64,000 nt of DNA from Eledone cirrhosa (lineage: Eukaryota), in NCBI GenBank assembly GCA_964016885.1, contig OZ024745.1, forward strand, positions 37,076,001 through 37,140,000. The letters run 5' to 3'. Shown here piece by piece: positions 40,188-55,073 of the stretch (the stretch's first letter is position 1; each line of letters starts with the position of its first letter). The position numbers and the translations under genes were made by a program. Below the pieces are notes generated by a model. The model worked only from the letters and a program-made list of their open reading frames with translations. It was not told the DNA's origin and did no database searches.

Positions 40188-41307
40188 CTAGCATTAAAGC
40201 CCGGCGTTGCTCGGGGTCAGTAAGTTACCAAAGTTAGGTTGCACCACCCATTTTATGGCACCACTTTTTTGTCTGCCAGGCACTGGGTGAATGAATTGCA
40301 GACCTAGACTGCCGAAGCAGGAGCTGCGACAGCAGTGACAATTGTAGTTTCACCTATGGATATTATCTCTGTGCAAAGAAGTGTTGAAATTTATTGTTTC
40401 ACAGTACTTGAGCAACACGCGCGTAGACGATGCCAGCCGAACAACAGAGCTGTGATGGAGTTGTTCTGCATGGTTGTCTAATGTGTGTTTTCTAAATTTA
40501 AGACAGTAGGGAGGGGTGTGATATGGGGGAGAGTTAGCTGTTGTTTCTAGCAGGTTTAGTGACCTCATAGAGGATATGTGTTTTCTAAATTTAAGACAGT
40601 AGGGAGTGGTGTGATATGGGGAGAGTTAGCTGCTGTTTCTAGCAGGTTTAGTGACCTCATAGAGGATATGTTTTCTAAATTTAAGACAGTAGGGAGGGGT
40701 GTGATATGGGGGAGAGTTAGCTGCTGTTTCTAGCAGGTTTAGTAACCTCATAGAGGATATGTTTTCTAAATTTAAGACAGTAGGGAGTGGTGTGATATGG
40801 GGGAGAGTTAGCTGCTGTTTCTAGCAGATTTAATGACCTCATAGAGGATATGTTTTCTAAATTTAAGACAGTAGGGAGTGGTGTGATATGGGGGAGAGTT
40901 AAGTCCTCTTTGTCATTGAAGTAAATAAATGTTTGACCGTGCCACACTCAAAAACAAACGTTCTCTCTCTCTCTCTCTCTTTCTCCCTCTCACTCTCTTC
41001 CCTCTCTCTCTTCGGCCTTCTTAAAGGAAGTTTGTAAGCATGTATGTAGTTTTATCAAATTTGAAGGGGAGTAGAGAGAGGTAAGCAGATTCTATTAGAG
41101 GGGTAAAGCGTCATGTATTTAGTTTTATCGATTATTTCCATAATTGTGAGTGATAATTGAATGGAATAAATAGTGGGTGACCTAAGTTAGACCATTTACA
41201 ACATTCTCACAGACGTTGAGTCGAATCGGTTTGAAATTGTGCAAATGTATAAACATGGAACATGTATACACACACACACACAACAACAACAATCTGCCTT
41301 TTATAGA
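40188..41307 (-). mobile_element. Non-autonomous Helitron carrying a minisatellite
   Basis: Minus strand: A|TC 5' end at 41307, GC hairpin cccgagcaacgccggg, then CTAG|T 3' end at 40188. No TSD. Confidence 0.75.
40485..40900. repeat. ~90-bp tandem minisatellite, about 4.5 copies
   Basis: Repeated tgttttctaaatttaagacagtaggga...gacctcatagaggata. Confidence 0.95.
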
Positions 41308-42728
41308 TAATGATAACATTCGATTCGTTTGAAATTATGCAAACAAGCCTCATATTTAAAGCCATGTCAGTAGAATGAACCCTTCATTCTTGCTCTTGTG
41401 TTGGCATGTAAACAGAACTGCAGACACTAATGTTTCTGGGTATCACCCTTCATCAGTACAGCTCACTGTTCACCTGCCAACTTTCAGAGCTAGTGAAAAT
41501 ATATGCTATTTTCTAAAATATACAGTGACTGATCGGCCTGATTTGCATATTAGCAGACTGCTAATATGCAGATCTGACTGATCAGTCATTGTATACTTTC
41601 TCGTACGTATATATGCTTGTATTTGTTATAGGTGTATATATTATATTATATATACTGGTATATGTGTATATGTGTATTTTGTGTTTGTGTGTGTATGCGT
41701 GTATGCGTGTTTGCACGTATGTAAGGTGTGTATATGTGTACATTGTGTTTTGGTTGACGTACGTTTGGTGAGCGTTTCGCGTATGGACGTGTAAGTACGT
41801 TTGGTGAACGTTTCGCATATGGACGTGTATATACGTATATAGATGCGTGTATGTATATATTTAATTATTACTGATTTTAATAACCTCTGTCATTTTCGTT
41901 CTACTAATTTATTTACATTATTCTTAACTCTGAAGCCGAGAATTATTCGGTTTCCTAAATAGAATATTAGTCTACGACTTCATTTATACCATAAACGTGG
42001 TTTTGTTTTTGCATGTAATTGTTCTCACGCAACACATAACGACGTATTATCTTCGCTTTTTTCCGTTCATTGCCAGGGAACGTCTTCACGAACCAATGTA
42101 TCGTCTTCCAGAATAGGTATGCGTTTAATGCCCCTCATGCCTTCCAGCGACGAATTCCGGACTCATACGGACGTTGCACGTCTTCTGTGCTGCACAAAAT
42201 TGCAAATGCAATTTTATGGCAACATTCCGACAATTTTAATCGTCTTGAGGACCTGGGTCAGAAAACGGCTGGACGCCAGCCCCCAGACGATTCAGCGCCC
42301 TGGACGCTTTTGTCAACACCTGTCGTCGCGCAGTGAATCAGTACAACCTACAGAAACGTTCCCAACGAAGCTGCATCTCCCGGGTGGAGTTGCCCAGTCC
42401 ACGCCATTGCTTCCGAGGCCGTGATGACATCGTCACAAACCAGCTAACCAGGTAGTGGTGGGGGGACGTAGTGGTCGTATGAGGCACCGACCTCTACAAA
42501 ACGAGGGCATCATGGCAGCTCTGCAATCCCCTTTTCTATCACCTTCTGCCTTCTTGTCCCATTCCTCAGTACCAACAGCAAGAGGTTTCCTCCACTTTAC
42601 GCGAACTCGTCACCTCCTCACTTCTGTATATGTGCGCTGAAGAGTTATTTTGTGTGTGCGTAAAGTATATGGCAGTGTTAGCGTATATACGTGATAATTC
42701 ATATACATAGTATGGAAGAAATGAAGGA

Positions 42729-42795
<67 letters not shown>

Positions 42796-43454
42796 TTAAA
42801 CTACTTACTAATTGGATAGAATGCCTCGGAACCATGCACGAGTAAGCAGACAAGTGCCAAAAAACGTAGAGAGAAAACAGTCATCTTTTCCCAATCTAAT
42901 TGTTTGGTGCAAGAAACTTTTCAACTGATAGGAAAGACAAATAGAGAGGCAGATAATTTATAAATTTACAATATAAATAATTGGATAAGAGAAAAAGAAG
43001 AACTCTTAACTCCCGATCCCCGATAAAGTCGTAGCCGAACTCTCCTTCTTTATGTCTCAACACAGTAGATTTCTACCAGAGAATGTGGAAGAGGAGATAG
43101 ATGAAAAGATAGATAGAGTAAAGGAGAGAAAGACAGTGAGAGAAGGAGAGAGTGTTTGTGAAAGAGAGCTATAGAAGAACAATCGACCTCTGTACTAGAT
43201 TGGTACATTTCATCGACCTCGAAAGGATGAAAAGTAAAGTTAAGCTCAATGGGATTTGAACTCAGATCGCAGGGGGCTTCAACAAATAAGCAAACATTAT
43301 GTTCGGCGCTTTAATGACTTTACCAATACATCACTTTAATATAAAATATATTGTATGTAAAAAAAAATTATATTATTTTATAGGAAAAATATAAAATGAG
43401 ATTATGGAAAAAAAGTAAGATTTTTCTGCAATTAAATAATAGCTTCATATTTAC

Positions 43455-43502
43455 CTGATGTTGAGTAACACTTTCAGATATGGTATGTCGGTAAACTTAA
43501 TG
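43455..43502 (-). CDS. Putative 48-nt phase-1/phase-1 middle exon of the Cys-rich peptide gene, with an in-frame TGA at 43474-43476
   Basis: Bounded by ttcag| and cag|gtaaat. A unique island between repeats that translates as (T)LSLPTYHI*KCYSTS(G). The acceptor pyrimidine tract is weak. Confidence 0.5.
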
Positions 43503-43531
43503 CTGAATATATATATATATATAAACACATA

Positions 43532-43646
<115 letters not shown>

Positions 43647-43651
43647 ATATG

Positions 43652-43695
<44 letters not shown>

Positions 43696-45546
43696 TAAAG
43701 GTGAGAGAACAAAAGAATGAGAGGTGGGAATAAAGCAATAGAGAAATTGAAAGAGACAGAATTGTATGGGTTCTATATCAGATGTTTATCAATGTATTAT
43801 TTACACAAATATATGATATACCACCGCAACAGTACTCTTCCTCCTCCTCGCCTCTCCCCTTCACCTCTCCACATACCCCCCCTCTCTAGTCGACACCTAG
43901 TATAAGACAACTTATTTCCATATTCGCTGTAATCCTTAGATCAGGATGTCATTCTTTTATACTCCATGTGGGGTCAATCCTATGCCATTACTCCGAGTAA
44001 CCTAACTTAGACGGTTATGTATTTTATTGAATGTTATAAGTATTAACCCTTATAAAAACTCATGATGATGTACTAAGCTAGTATGTGTTTTATGTCTGAT
44101 AAATACACCCGGGATTATTATATTATAACAGTTCATTTCTCTCGGTTTATCTAACGTAGTACGAATATTAACACTTATATACTGTTGTTTTTTGTTATAG
44201 TTGCTGTTGCGGTTGATGATGATGATGATTTTATTGTATAGCCAGAGTTCAGTTTTGATTGAGCAATCTGGGATAGCTGCTGACAGGGATAGTGGCCCTA
44301 TCTTTAGTCATTTCCATGTGGAGAAGCACGTGATATCAGTACCGTTTAATTGGTAGCACGGTGGATTTCTCGTTGGAAAGTTGGGGCGCATGGTTTTCGA
44401 GTAAAATATTATTTCAGTATTAGCTTCGTCTTTAATTATTCATTAGGTAATGTGCTGTATCAAGTACGATTCACAGTTTCACGTTGTTATTATGCACGTC
44501 AATCTATGTCAGTTTACCAGAAAAGAAACAATGTATATACATACATACAAACATACATAGACATATACACACGTATATACATAATTGTTTCTACTTTAGG
44601 CACAAGGCCAGCAATTACCCAGTGCATTACTGGTACTTTATTTTATCGACCCCGTAAGGATGAAAGGCAAAGTCAACCTCAGCGGGATGTGAACTCAGAT
44701 CGTAAAGGGACGTAACTATGCTGGAAAGCATGGCGTCCGACCCTCTACCGATACTGCCAATCCACCATAATGCATAATACATATATGCATTCATGTATAT
44801 ATACATAATACATGATGGCTGCAACTCGATTATGATTAATGCTATTGCTTGATACTTCAGAAAATGCCAGATCAAAGCGATGCCTGCGCTTGAAGCTTTT
44901 TTAAGTGAGGAAATACTTTGCACGGAGACAATACCACTCTCTGAACATGGAATACATTTACCCGAAAGGTAGAATTAATATACATCATTGGATGCAAACG
45001 AAGTCGCAGGTTTTACATCTGAGCAACATTCTCCTAGATAAAAAATACATATATAGATAAACACACGCATACATATATACGTACATACATACATACGTAC
45101 GTACATACATGGTGGCTGCCAACTCGTTTTCGAGTACGGCCACTACTTTATATCCATGTAGGAGAATCCTTACCGATGCGCTGAACGAGTGACATTTTAG
45201 TCCAGCCAGCGACTTGAAAACTCTGCTACAAACACTACACCTATGACAATTATTGACACATAGTGCTGGGCCCATGGAACCATGTGACGACAAGTGCAGA
45301 GAGATCTCCAGATATAAAGCAATGCCTGTGCCGTGAAGCTTTTATAGTGAGCAAAGGCACTGCACAAAGCCAGTCCCACTCTCTTAACCAAGATGATATT
45401 TACCAAAAAGAAGAACAAGTCAACATCATTGGATACCATCAGGGTTGCAGGTGTTATATCAGAGTTTTCCTTCTACAATTCTGCCTTGACAAAGGCTAAG
45501 GGGTCATCTCTCCCATACATACACACGTACGTACGTACATACATAC

Positions 45547-45610
45547 TAAAGTCCACAATTATGGCAAGTAGTGTAACATTCGTCACAATTCTCACAAAAA
45601 GATGAATCAT
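45547..45610 (-). CDS. Putative first (signal-peptide) exon of the Cys-rich peptide gene
   Basis: ataATG, MIHLFVRIVTNVTLLAIIVDF, then a phase-1 donor a|gtatgt. TATA-like tatatat at ~45757-45766 and Inr-like ttagt at ~45720 upstream. Confidence 0.55.
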
Positions 45611-46090
45611 TATAGTTTCACGAATACAAGCTTTCAATAAAGTTGAAAGAAATGTGATAGCCTGGATAATCTGACAATTGATTCTTGATGTTAAAGTAAA
45701 CAAAAAGCTAGTGTTATAGACTAAAATCTTCCACAATTGTTACATTATCCTCATAAATATATATAAAAGAAAACATATGGTTTTCTTCTCATGTTATATC
45801 ATGTATGTACCAGTGTTGGCTGAAAAGTTCATAGGCTCACTATGAAGGAGTGATGTTAGAGCCGTGAAATTGTGTATGCATTAATTTCAATTCTTCCAAT
45901 TAATAACTGCATTGTTTCTTTCCAGTAGCGGTCAGAATGCCAGACTGTTGTTACTAGATTTTTATCCTTCAATAGTGACGTTTGCTCATTCAGTAATGAG
46001 ACGAGAATAGGCAAACGCCTATATGGTTTTTGCATATGAAATATCAGTTGGTGATGCTCATATGTATATAGTGCTTATTATTTGTTAATG

Positions 46091-46515
46091 AGGGCGGTGA
46101 ATTGGCAGTATCGGTAGAGGGTCGGACGCCATGCTTTGACGCATAGAGTTACGGCCCTTGCCATTCTGAGTTCAAATCCCGCCGAGGTTAACTTTGCCTT
46201 TCATCCTTACGGGGTCGATAAAATAAAGTACCAGTAATGTACTGGGTAATTGCTGGCCTTGTGCTAATAGTAGAAACAATTATTTGTTAATGAGGGCGGT
46301 GAATTGGCAGAATCGGTGGACCGTCAGACACATTGCTTCGCGGCATAGAGTTACCACCCTTTACATTCTGAGTTCTAATCCTGCCTAGGTTAGCTTTGCC
46401 TCTCAACCTTACGGGTTCGACAAAATAAAGTATCAGTCATGCACTGGGGTCGATTTAATAGACTTTCCCCCTCCCTTCAAATTGCTGGCCTTGTGCCTAA
46501 AGTAAAACAATTATT
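46091..46515 (+). mobile_element. Two tandem tRNA-derived SINE copies
   Basis: gggcggtgaattggcag...gagttcaaatccc...ctttcatccttacggggtcgataaaataaagtacc, present twice. Confidence 0.8.
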
Positions 46516-46704
46516 TGTTGATTGTCAAAGTTCTATCGTCACACATTCTATGACCTACTCAGTAGCTAATTTTGTTACTTTGTCACTCCTTTTGTTCTGT
46601 TTTACACCATCTTGATTTTATGAACAGTGTAAAATAAAACAAAGGAGAGATACTGAGGATGTCACAGAACGTGTGACGAAAGAACTTTGACAATCAACAA
46701 ATAA
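46511..46704. mobile_element. MITE / fold-back element (~194 bp)
   Basis: Long imperfect inverted repeats ttatttgttgattgtcaaagttct...agaactttgacaatcaacaaataa. Confidence 0.7.
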
Positions 46705-46812
46705 ACAATGATCCGGTTATTAAACTGACTGGAAAATTATAATAATAAATTGAAGTGAAACACGACAGACGCGAGTATTTTTTATTGGAAACATGACCTT
46801 CCCAAAGTATAA

Positions 46813-46891
<79 letters not shown>

Positions 46892-47476
46892 ACACACACA
46901 TATATATACATATTTGAAAAAAAGAAAAATGATGACTTCACTAGTAGTTTGTATTCTATAACAATTTAATTTTTTTATTTTATAATTTTCTTATGTAGAT
47001 CTAATAAGTCCTTTGTTAACTTCAGTGAAAATTAAAAAAAATATCCTGGTTAACTTCTGGAGAACTTTCTCGCATTCGTCGCGTGTGCGCGTGTGTGTGC
47101 AGAAGTAAACAGATAAACAAGAGAGAGATAGAGAGAGAAATAAAGAAACAGAGAGAAATAGAGAGTCAGAAAGAAAGAAATAGAGTTTTAAATTAGTTAT
47201 TATAGAGTTACCTCCCTTCAAACGGTATAAATATAGAGTCAGAGTCACCTCCCCTGCCGAAACACTTATACCGTATTTATTATACTTGAAGAAAACTTCG
47301 CGTAACTTTCTCTCTCTCTCTCACCCCCTCTCTCTCCCTTATCCTCCGTGAGTGTGTATTAAAGCTCCGATGGTGGTAATTGAATATAAGATTATTTTTA
47401 AAATGCAATGATTATTTCAAGTATTTTTCTAAATGTGTGGTTGAATTTTTATAAACACATTTTCGCCATATTCTAA

Positions 47477-48595
47477 TCTCCTTATAATATATAACCAGCA
47501 ATTTCTCTGTCTGTCTGTTCGACGCGTAGAGAGAGAATGAGAGTGAAAGAAAGAGACAGACTACAAGAGGGGGATAGCGGGAGGGAGAGAGAGAGAGAGA
47601 CGCTGGAAGAGGGGAAGGAAAGCTATGTCTTGCTGTCTGCATTACGATACATATATATATACACACACACACTGAGCGCGTCATAATGACGTAATGCAGA
47701 TAGCCAGACATACAGACAGATATTATAAGGGCGCAACGTTATATCTATGTATCTATCTAAAAAGAAAGACTAAGAATTATATAGAGAGAACGCTAAATCG
47801 CCTAATGCGGTCCCTAGGGCATTGGAAATTTGAAATAATTTTTGCTCAAGACACTCACAGGACCATAAGTATTACATGTCTAAAGTTTGAAAACAATCGG
47901 TTGGATGGTTCTCAAGTTTTAGTGAGCTGACAGACATACAGACATTCTCTGTTTTAGATATATAGACTAGCAGAAAACCGCCCCGCCGGTGGTTTTCTGC
48001 TAGTCTATATATATAAAACTGAGGATGTCTGTCTGTGTGTGTGTGAGTTTGAATCCCTAAAACTAGAGAAGCACCCAACCGACTGTTTTCAAACTTTACA
48101 CATGTAATACTTATGTTTCAGGGAGTGTTCTGAGCAAAAGAAATTTCAAATTTTCAATGCCCTAGGGACTGCATAAGGCGATTTAGCGATCTCTCTCTAT
48201 AATTCTTAGTGTTTCTCTTTTTAGATAGATACATACATATAACGTCGCGCCCTTATAATATCTGTCTGTATGTCTGGCTGTCTGCATTACGTCACTTCCT
48301 ACAATTCTCTCAGCGTCCAGAACGCGCCCTTATAATATCTGTCTGTATGTCTCGCTGTCTGCTGCCTCCGATTATTATGCCACCCTTGCTCAAAACAAAT
48401 CTCACACTCATTCCCCAAACAGTTGGTAAGTGCACACAACTTCTTCCTCACGTTTTAAGCCACAGTGTTGCTTACTTACGTACCACCAGACCCTTTCTTC
48501 TTTGCCAGCCGTGGTTGTGGCAATACTCAGCTTAGCTAAGGCGGTTATATATTTCACAATACCTTATCCCGTGCAACGGCGGGTACCATTGCTAG
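47477..48595 (+). mobile_element. Composite non-autonomous Helitron with an internal ~600-bp inverted repeat
   Basis: A|TC start, hairpin cccgtgcaacggcggg plus CTAG|T end. Inverted arms at 47687-47980 and 47990-48294. Confidence 0.65.
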
Positions 48596-50410
48596 TGTAA
48601 TATAAAATTATCATCGCTATTTAACTGTTTATTATGATCAAAATATAACCCTTTAGTCTACACTTTTATTGGCTTCAGTCATTAGGTTTATGTTATCTAT
48701 CTATTTTTGTCGAACAACCAAGTTACGGGACATAAACACAGACGCTCAGACAAATACATACATGCGCACTTACACACACGTGCGCGCGCACACACGTACA
48801 CTCATATACGCTCATACGTTAATACATACTAACTTATACACACACACATACACACAAATGCACATATACATATGTGTGTGTGAGTGCATGTGTGTGTGTG
48901 TATGTGTGTGCGTGTGTGATTTGTATGAGTGGCGTGTGTGTGTGTGCGTGTGTGTGACAGGCTTCTACAGCTTCCGTCTACCTAATTCCGTTTACAAGGC
49001 ATTGGTCAGCCCAAGGCCGTAGTAGAAGACATTTTCCTATGTTTTATCGCGAATGTACTGTACTTCAAATTACACTTCCTCCGTTGCATACATAGTGTAT
49101 ATTAAAAAAAAAAAATTATTGGAAGGAATATTATGTTTCTGAACATATGTCTCTGAAAATATTTAGCGAGTCTCTTTGCATGTTCATTCGACTTATCCTG
49201 TGTCATTTCAACTGTACGCCTTTGAACGAAAATTATGAATCCACGAACTGTTAATTTATCTGAATGGGAAAGAAGCAGATCACGAATATTAGTATTATCT
49301 ATTTCACCGAAATAAACTATTTTCCAATACTAGTAATTTGTTCAAAAATTTTTTTGTTTTTTTTTTGTTTTGGAAGGCCAGTGAAATATTTAGCACAATG
49401 TGTTTAAATATATTTCCAAACTGCTCTTATGTTGCCTGTTTTTATTTTCTCCATCTGTCATGAATATTTTGATTATTTTTAATGTCATCAAATTGCTTCT
49501 AAAAAAAATCAACCAATAAAATCACATTTTCTCACGTTGTAATTTTAATTGCTTGAGCAAAAGTTCATCTTCAATAGCACAGAACCTAATTATTTTGCGA
49601 TACATGACAATGTATTTCTATTTATGGTTTTTAATCAAGGCACGAGGTTAGCAATTTGAGTGGGGGAGGGACAGGAAAGCCGTTAAATTGACCTCAGTGC
49701 TTGACTGATTCTTTGTATTATTGACGCCCGTAGGAGGGAAGCTGAAGCTGATATCGGCGGAATTTGAACTCAGAATGTAAAATGCCGGAATAAATGTTGC
49801 GGAGAATTTCGTCCGACGATCTAACGTTTCTGCTGATCCCCTACACTATATGTAATTCTATGTACAAAAATGTAATATCTGTAAGTAAGTTGAGATTTTA
49901 CTTTACGAGTTCTACAAGACGGAAAGATATGTTCATGTTTGTTCCTTACTTATAGCAAAGAAAGTTCGACTTGTGAATAAACGTGTACGGTGTTTGTATT
50001 CTCCAGACACATTTACTTCATCTTTGAATTACAAATACAACCGATCCGACAGGTTTCCACACAGTCTCTATCCACTCAACATCCCTCATACGGCTCGGCT
50101 CGATCCTAGGCTAAGATAAAGACACTTGTACAAGATTCCACAGTGGGATCGAATGCGAGACCTCATGACTCTGAAACGAACTTCCTAAGCCATGCTTGAC
50201 TCCTCTATATACAGGTTATTAGTCTCCAGCTGTTCTAAGATTAGTCAGCAAAAAATTACTCTTGTCACGCCTCATATGGTGAGTAATTATAAACAGGTTT
50301 TCTTATCTATAATGTATTAACTCGATATGTAATGGCAAATAAAATGCATTCAGTAAAATATATACACTCAAAGAACCCTCATGCATTTTAGAATGGTCTC
50401 TCCCCGCCCC

Positions 50411-50472
<62 letters not shown>

Positions 50473-53256
50473 TTATATATTTATTTATATATATTTACAT
50501 ATATATATTTATATATATATAGATGTTAATTTTGTTATTTCTGTTTTCCTTTTACACACGCACGCACGTACGCACACACACACATACAACATACATGCAC
50601 TCACATATATATGTATATATCTATTTGCCCTCTCTCATCTATGAAACTCTGAATAATATCCATTGCAATCAATGTCTGTTAAACTACAAACAAGAAATGT
50701 CCAGATAGTCAACATCACTGTTTAGTTTCTCATATTAAATGTTCACAATATTTATTTCTTGTGCTCTCTGTAGATTGCAGATAGATTCTTAATATGTCAT
50801 GGACGCGTTCAGAGTTTTGAATTACTTCCTAGTTAGAGGCAAAGTAGAACATTTTATTAGGGGCCCGCTTTACCTAACGGTGGGTATGTAATTTTGCGGA
50901 GTAGATTGACATGCTGGTGTCAATCGTCATGGGTCGAATGGTTGAGAAGTTCGCTTCACAGTCATTAGGTTCCCGGTTCTATCCAACTGTGTATCCACTT
51001 GGCTAAGTGTCAATTAACAAAGATTTGGATTAACCCAAGCTTTATGAATGAAATTAAATAGACAAAATCTGATAAAAAAAACCCGTCAGAAAGATTGTAT
51101 CTTTAATTCACATTGTATCACCTTAAGAATTACGTAATGTGTACATATGGCTGTGGTATGTTCAGCCACTTACATGTTAATTCATGAACAGGCTGTTTCA
51201 TTTATCGAACAATTGGAACAGTCATCGCCGAAATCGACAGAGCGCCATTTAACCCTCCAACTATTGTCATTCGTACAGCATCTGTTGGAACACATAGATA
51301 TGGAACTCTTGCTTCATTTAAGTATCACAACAGCTGTGTGTGGCTGATTATACACTTTGTTCGTATCTGACAACACAATGCGGAACAAAGTGGGATCTAA
51401 AACGATGCTTTGTCGGACTCAAACTTGTTATTACAGTCTTTTCCAAATAGTGCTCCTTTGGCCACTCTCATTTGACTTCAGTCTTTTAGGGAATCAACCT
51501 TTCTATTAGGCCAACATTTTCTAGCTTGTGATATAAGATTCTATCGTCAATTGTGTGAAATATTTTATTTGAAATCAAGGTAGACACAGTCAACTCTTGA
51601 TGTAAATATCAGAATCTTCAGAATTTGATTGTATTATTGTAGGAGCAGTGAAAAAGCTTTTTGTTAATATAAATAATTTATTTCTCTTCTGCAAATGATT
51701 CTATTAAGAAATGTTCAACGGTAGAATATAACAGTTTTGTAACTCTTAGTCTTTTCCTTATTGAGAACTTTATATCAATTGCTGTTATTTTCATTCCTTT
51801 TCACATCTCTAATAGTCGTTTAATATCTAAGTGGTTCAAATAAAGAATTTACAAAGGATTAACAAGGCTGGCTTAGCAGAATATCAGGAGCATACATGGA
51901 AGAGATGTATACACAGTGAAGCTTTATTACATCAAGTATGGGGAACTCTACTGCATATACATATATCATGAATAAAACTCATCTATGGTATTTTTCCTCA
52001 ATCAAATGTTGACATATACCATCAGCATAAATTCTCTTTCTTTTCCAACGTGATTACCGGGTCTGATGATTTAATTGCACATACATATAAACATACATAC
52101 ATACATACATACATACATACATGAATACATACATATATGAATACATACATACACGCAGATACATGCATACATACATAAATATATAAATATATGGTGGCTG
52201 CCAACTCGTTTTCGAGTACGGCCACTACTTTATATCCATGTAGGAGAACCCCTACCGATGCGCTGAACGAGTATGACTTTTTAGTCCAGCCAGCGACTTG
52301 AAAACTCTGGTACAAACACTACATTTGTGACAATTATTGACACATAGTGCTGGGCCCATGGTACCATGTGATGACAAGTGCAGAGAAATCTCCAGATATA
52401 AAGCAATGCCTGTGCCGTGAAGCTTTTATAGTGAGCAAAGGCACTGCACAAAGCCAGTCCCACTCTCTTAACCAAGATGATATTTACGAAAAAGAAGAAC
52501 AAGTCAACATCATTGGATACCATCAGAGTTGCAGGTGTTATATCAGAGTTTCCCTTCTCCTAGAATTCTGCCTTGACAAAGGCTAATGGGTCATCTCTCC
52601 CGGTGATTTTGGATGGCCATTGACTCTTAAGAGCTCCTTTGCCCTTTGACAGGTTTTGTTTTAAGTCCTGCAGGATCTCCAAAGTCACCCTCCTCACCAA
52701 GAAACCTTGGTGGGGTTGCCAGTTTAGTCGCCATGAGACAGGTTGTACTGGGATACATGTTACCAGTAGCACCAACTGGTGACCTGACATAAATAAATAT
52801 ATAAATACATACATACATACATACATACGTACACACATACGCACACACACACACATACATACATACATACATACATACATACATTTATAAATATATACAT
52901 ATATACATATAATGCCAATAAAAACAGGATAAACTCCCGCCTGATGACCCTTCGTCTTAGGGACAAACTTTAACTTTCAAAACCTTTAATGACGGAAGGT
53001 ATTTCAGCTGTGACTGGTCTATTTTTATTCAGACATACCTTTTAAGTCAGATTTTGAAATTGTTTCAAGGGAAATTTCCATAATAAATTTCCAGGTATCA
53101 TATTTGATAATATGATACTGGAAATAAAAATAAAAATTATATATTACATACACGCATACACACATACAAACAAATACACAATACAGACACAAACATATAT
53201 ACATATATATATATAAACACACAAACATATATGTATATGTGTATATATATCTATAT

Positions 53257-53316
<60 letters not shown>

Positions 53317-53422
53317 GAGAAATGGCTTCTACAGGACTAGAACTGTTTCATTCGAGGGAAATCAACAGGAAGCTATGTATTGAGTACCTTACTTACTGTG
53401 GTTATATATATATATATATATA

Positions 53423-53469
<47 letters not shown>

Positions 53470-53474
53470 GTGTG

Positions 53475-53554
<80 letters not shown>

Positions 53555-53820
53555 TAATCCCACATTCTTTCTATCTATCGTGAATTCCATGTTCACACGC
53601 TGCCAATCGCGTCATTAATGAGTGTCCTGGTTTGTGTAGGTGTTTCACTGTTAGACACCACCTGCTACCTGGCAGCGTTTCTATACTTGCTTCTATTTCT
53701 TTGTATTTTTTATTTCCCTTCTCTTTCCTTCATTAGTTTGTAGTATCGACTGACTGTACTGGTCGTTGAAACATTGACACACCACACAAACGATCACAAA
53801 CGCATATGCATACACACACG

Positions 53821-53852
<32 letters not shown>

Positions 53853-54251
53853 CACACATACGCACCTTCACTGTATTTAGCTTTTGTAGTAAGTGTAGTG
53901 GTGTTGATACTAAATGCTATAGTTGTAATGATAGTGGTTGTGGCAGTTGTGAGAATTGTAGTGCGTTTGGGTGAATGGATGGCTGTGGCAGTGATGGTGA
54001 AAGTTATAAGGTTTGGTGAGGGTAATGGAGGCATTAGCAAGCGTGGAAATCGAATCCACGCCTAATATATAAACATATATGTATGATCCATTCTATTTCT
54101 TCCTACCTACCTATTGTTCGAACCAACTCATTTTGAGCCGCACATCTCTGACATTCGTGGTAATGTTTTAGCCAACGCCGCATTGACCGTACTTTTTCTT
54201 ACGAATTCTAATACACTCGCGTTTCAAGACTCGATATTCGAGCTAATTTTG

Positions 54252-54288
<37 letters not shown>

Positions 54289-54289
54289 G

Positions 54290-54900
54290 CAACCAATCTC
54301 CCCTGTCTATTCTTCGCCGCGCACTTACTCCCGGGAAAGTCGTGTGAGCTCAGTCCTCAGCCACTTCTCCTAGAAATCACAAGCAATCGTTTCCAATTGA
54401 TCCGGCTGGATCCACAAGCGAGACCAACCAAGCTCATGGGTGTTATCCAACCACATTGTTCTTGGTTTACTTCGAAGCTTTCTGCCAAATGGTTTTTCCA
54501 GCAAGATTTATTCAGCGATTCTTTCCTTAGACATTCTAACAATAGAGCTGCGATCTCTCGATTCGAAGAAATAGCGGCTCTTGATGATGCGACGCGCTGA
54601 TCGCTGTGCTACGCATTCTGTCGAGTAACATTACTCCAAAACCTTTCGGAGGAATACCATTTCCGCCGCTTGTATTCACGATCCTATTCATGACCATAGG
54701 CAAGGGTTAGCACGAATACCGAATTGAAGATAGGGAGTATGGCTTTAACGCCTACCTGCCTTCTGATGACTCAATGCTGAAGCTGGCGTATTACTGCACC
54801 AGCTCTCGCAATTCTAGCACCTAATTCAGCCCCCTGCTTTGTATCACTCGTGAACACGGCCGAGCTACTTTAAATTTTCCTTTTGGGAAATTTTGTTTAT
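54290..54900 (-). mobile_element. Degenerate RTE-like LINE 3' fragment
   Basis: GC-richer block with fragmentary LINE C-terminal similarity and a purine-rich tail. Motifs are weak. Confidence 0.4.
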
Positions 54901-54982
54901 CACTCCCGATTGCTATTGCTTTGGTATCTTCCCATATATATATATATATATATATATATAGGTGTGTATGTATATATATATA

Positions 54983-55073
<91 letters not shown>

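Noticed and set aside
40485-40900. CRISPR-like regular array
   Set aside because: The units repeat in full with no unique spacers, there are no cas genes, and the context is eukaryotic.
42110-42620. GC-rich block with short ORFs
   Set aside because: Probably a decayed transposon fragment, but no diagnostic motif could be identified.
52936-52980. CTGATGA followed by a ccct/aggg hairpin
   Set aside because: GAAA is replaced by ACAAA, and stems I and III cannot be formed.
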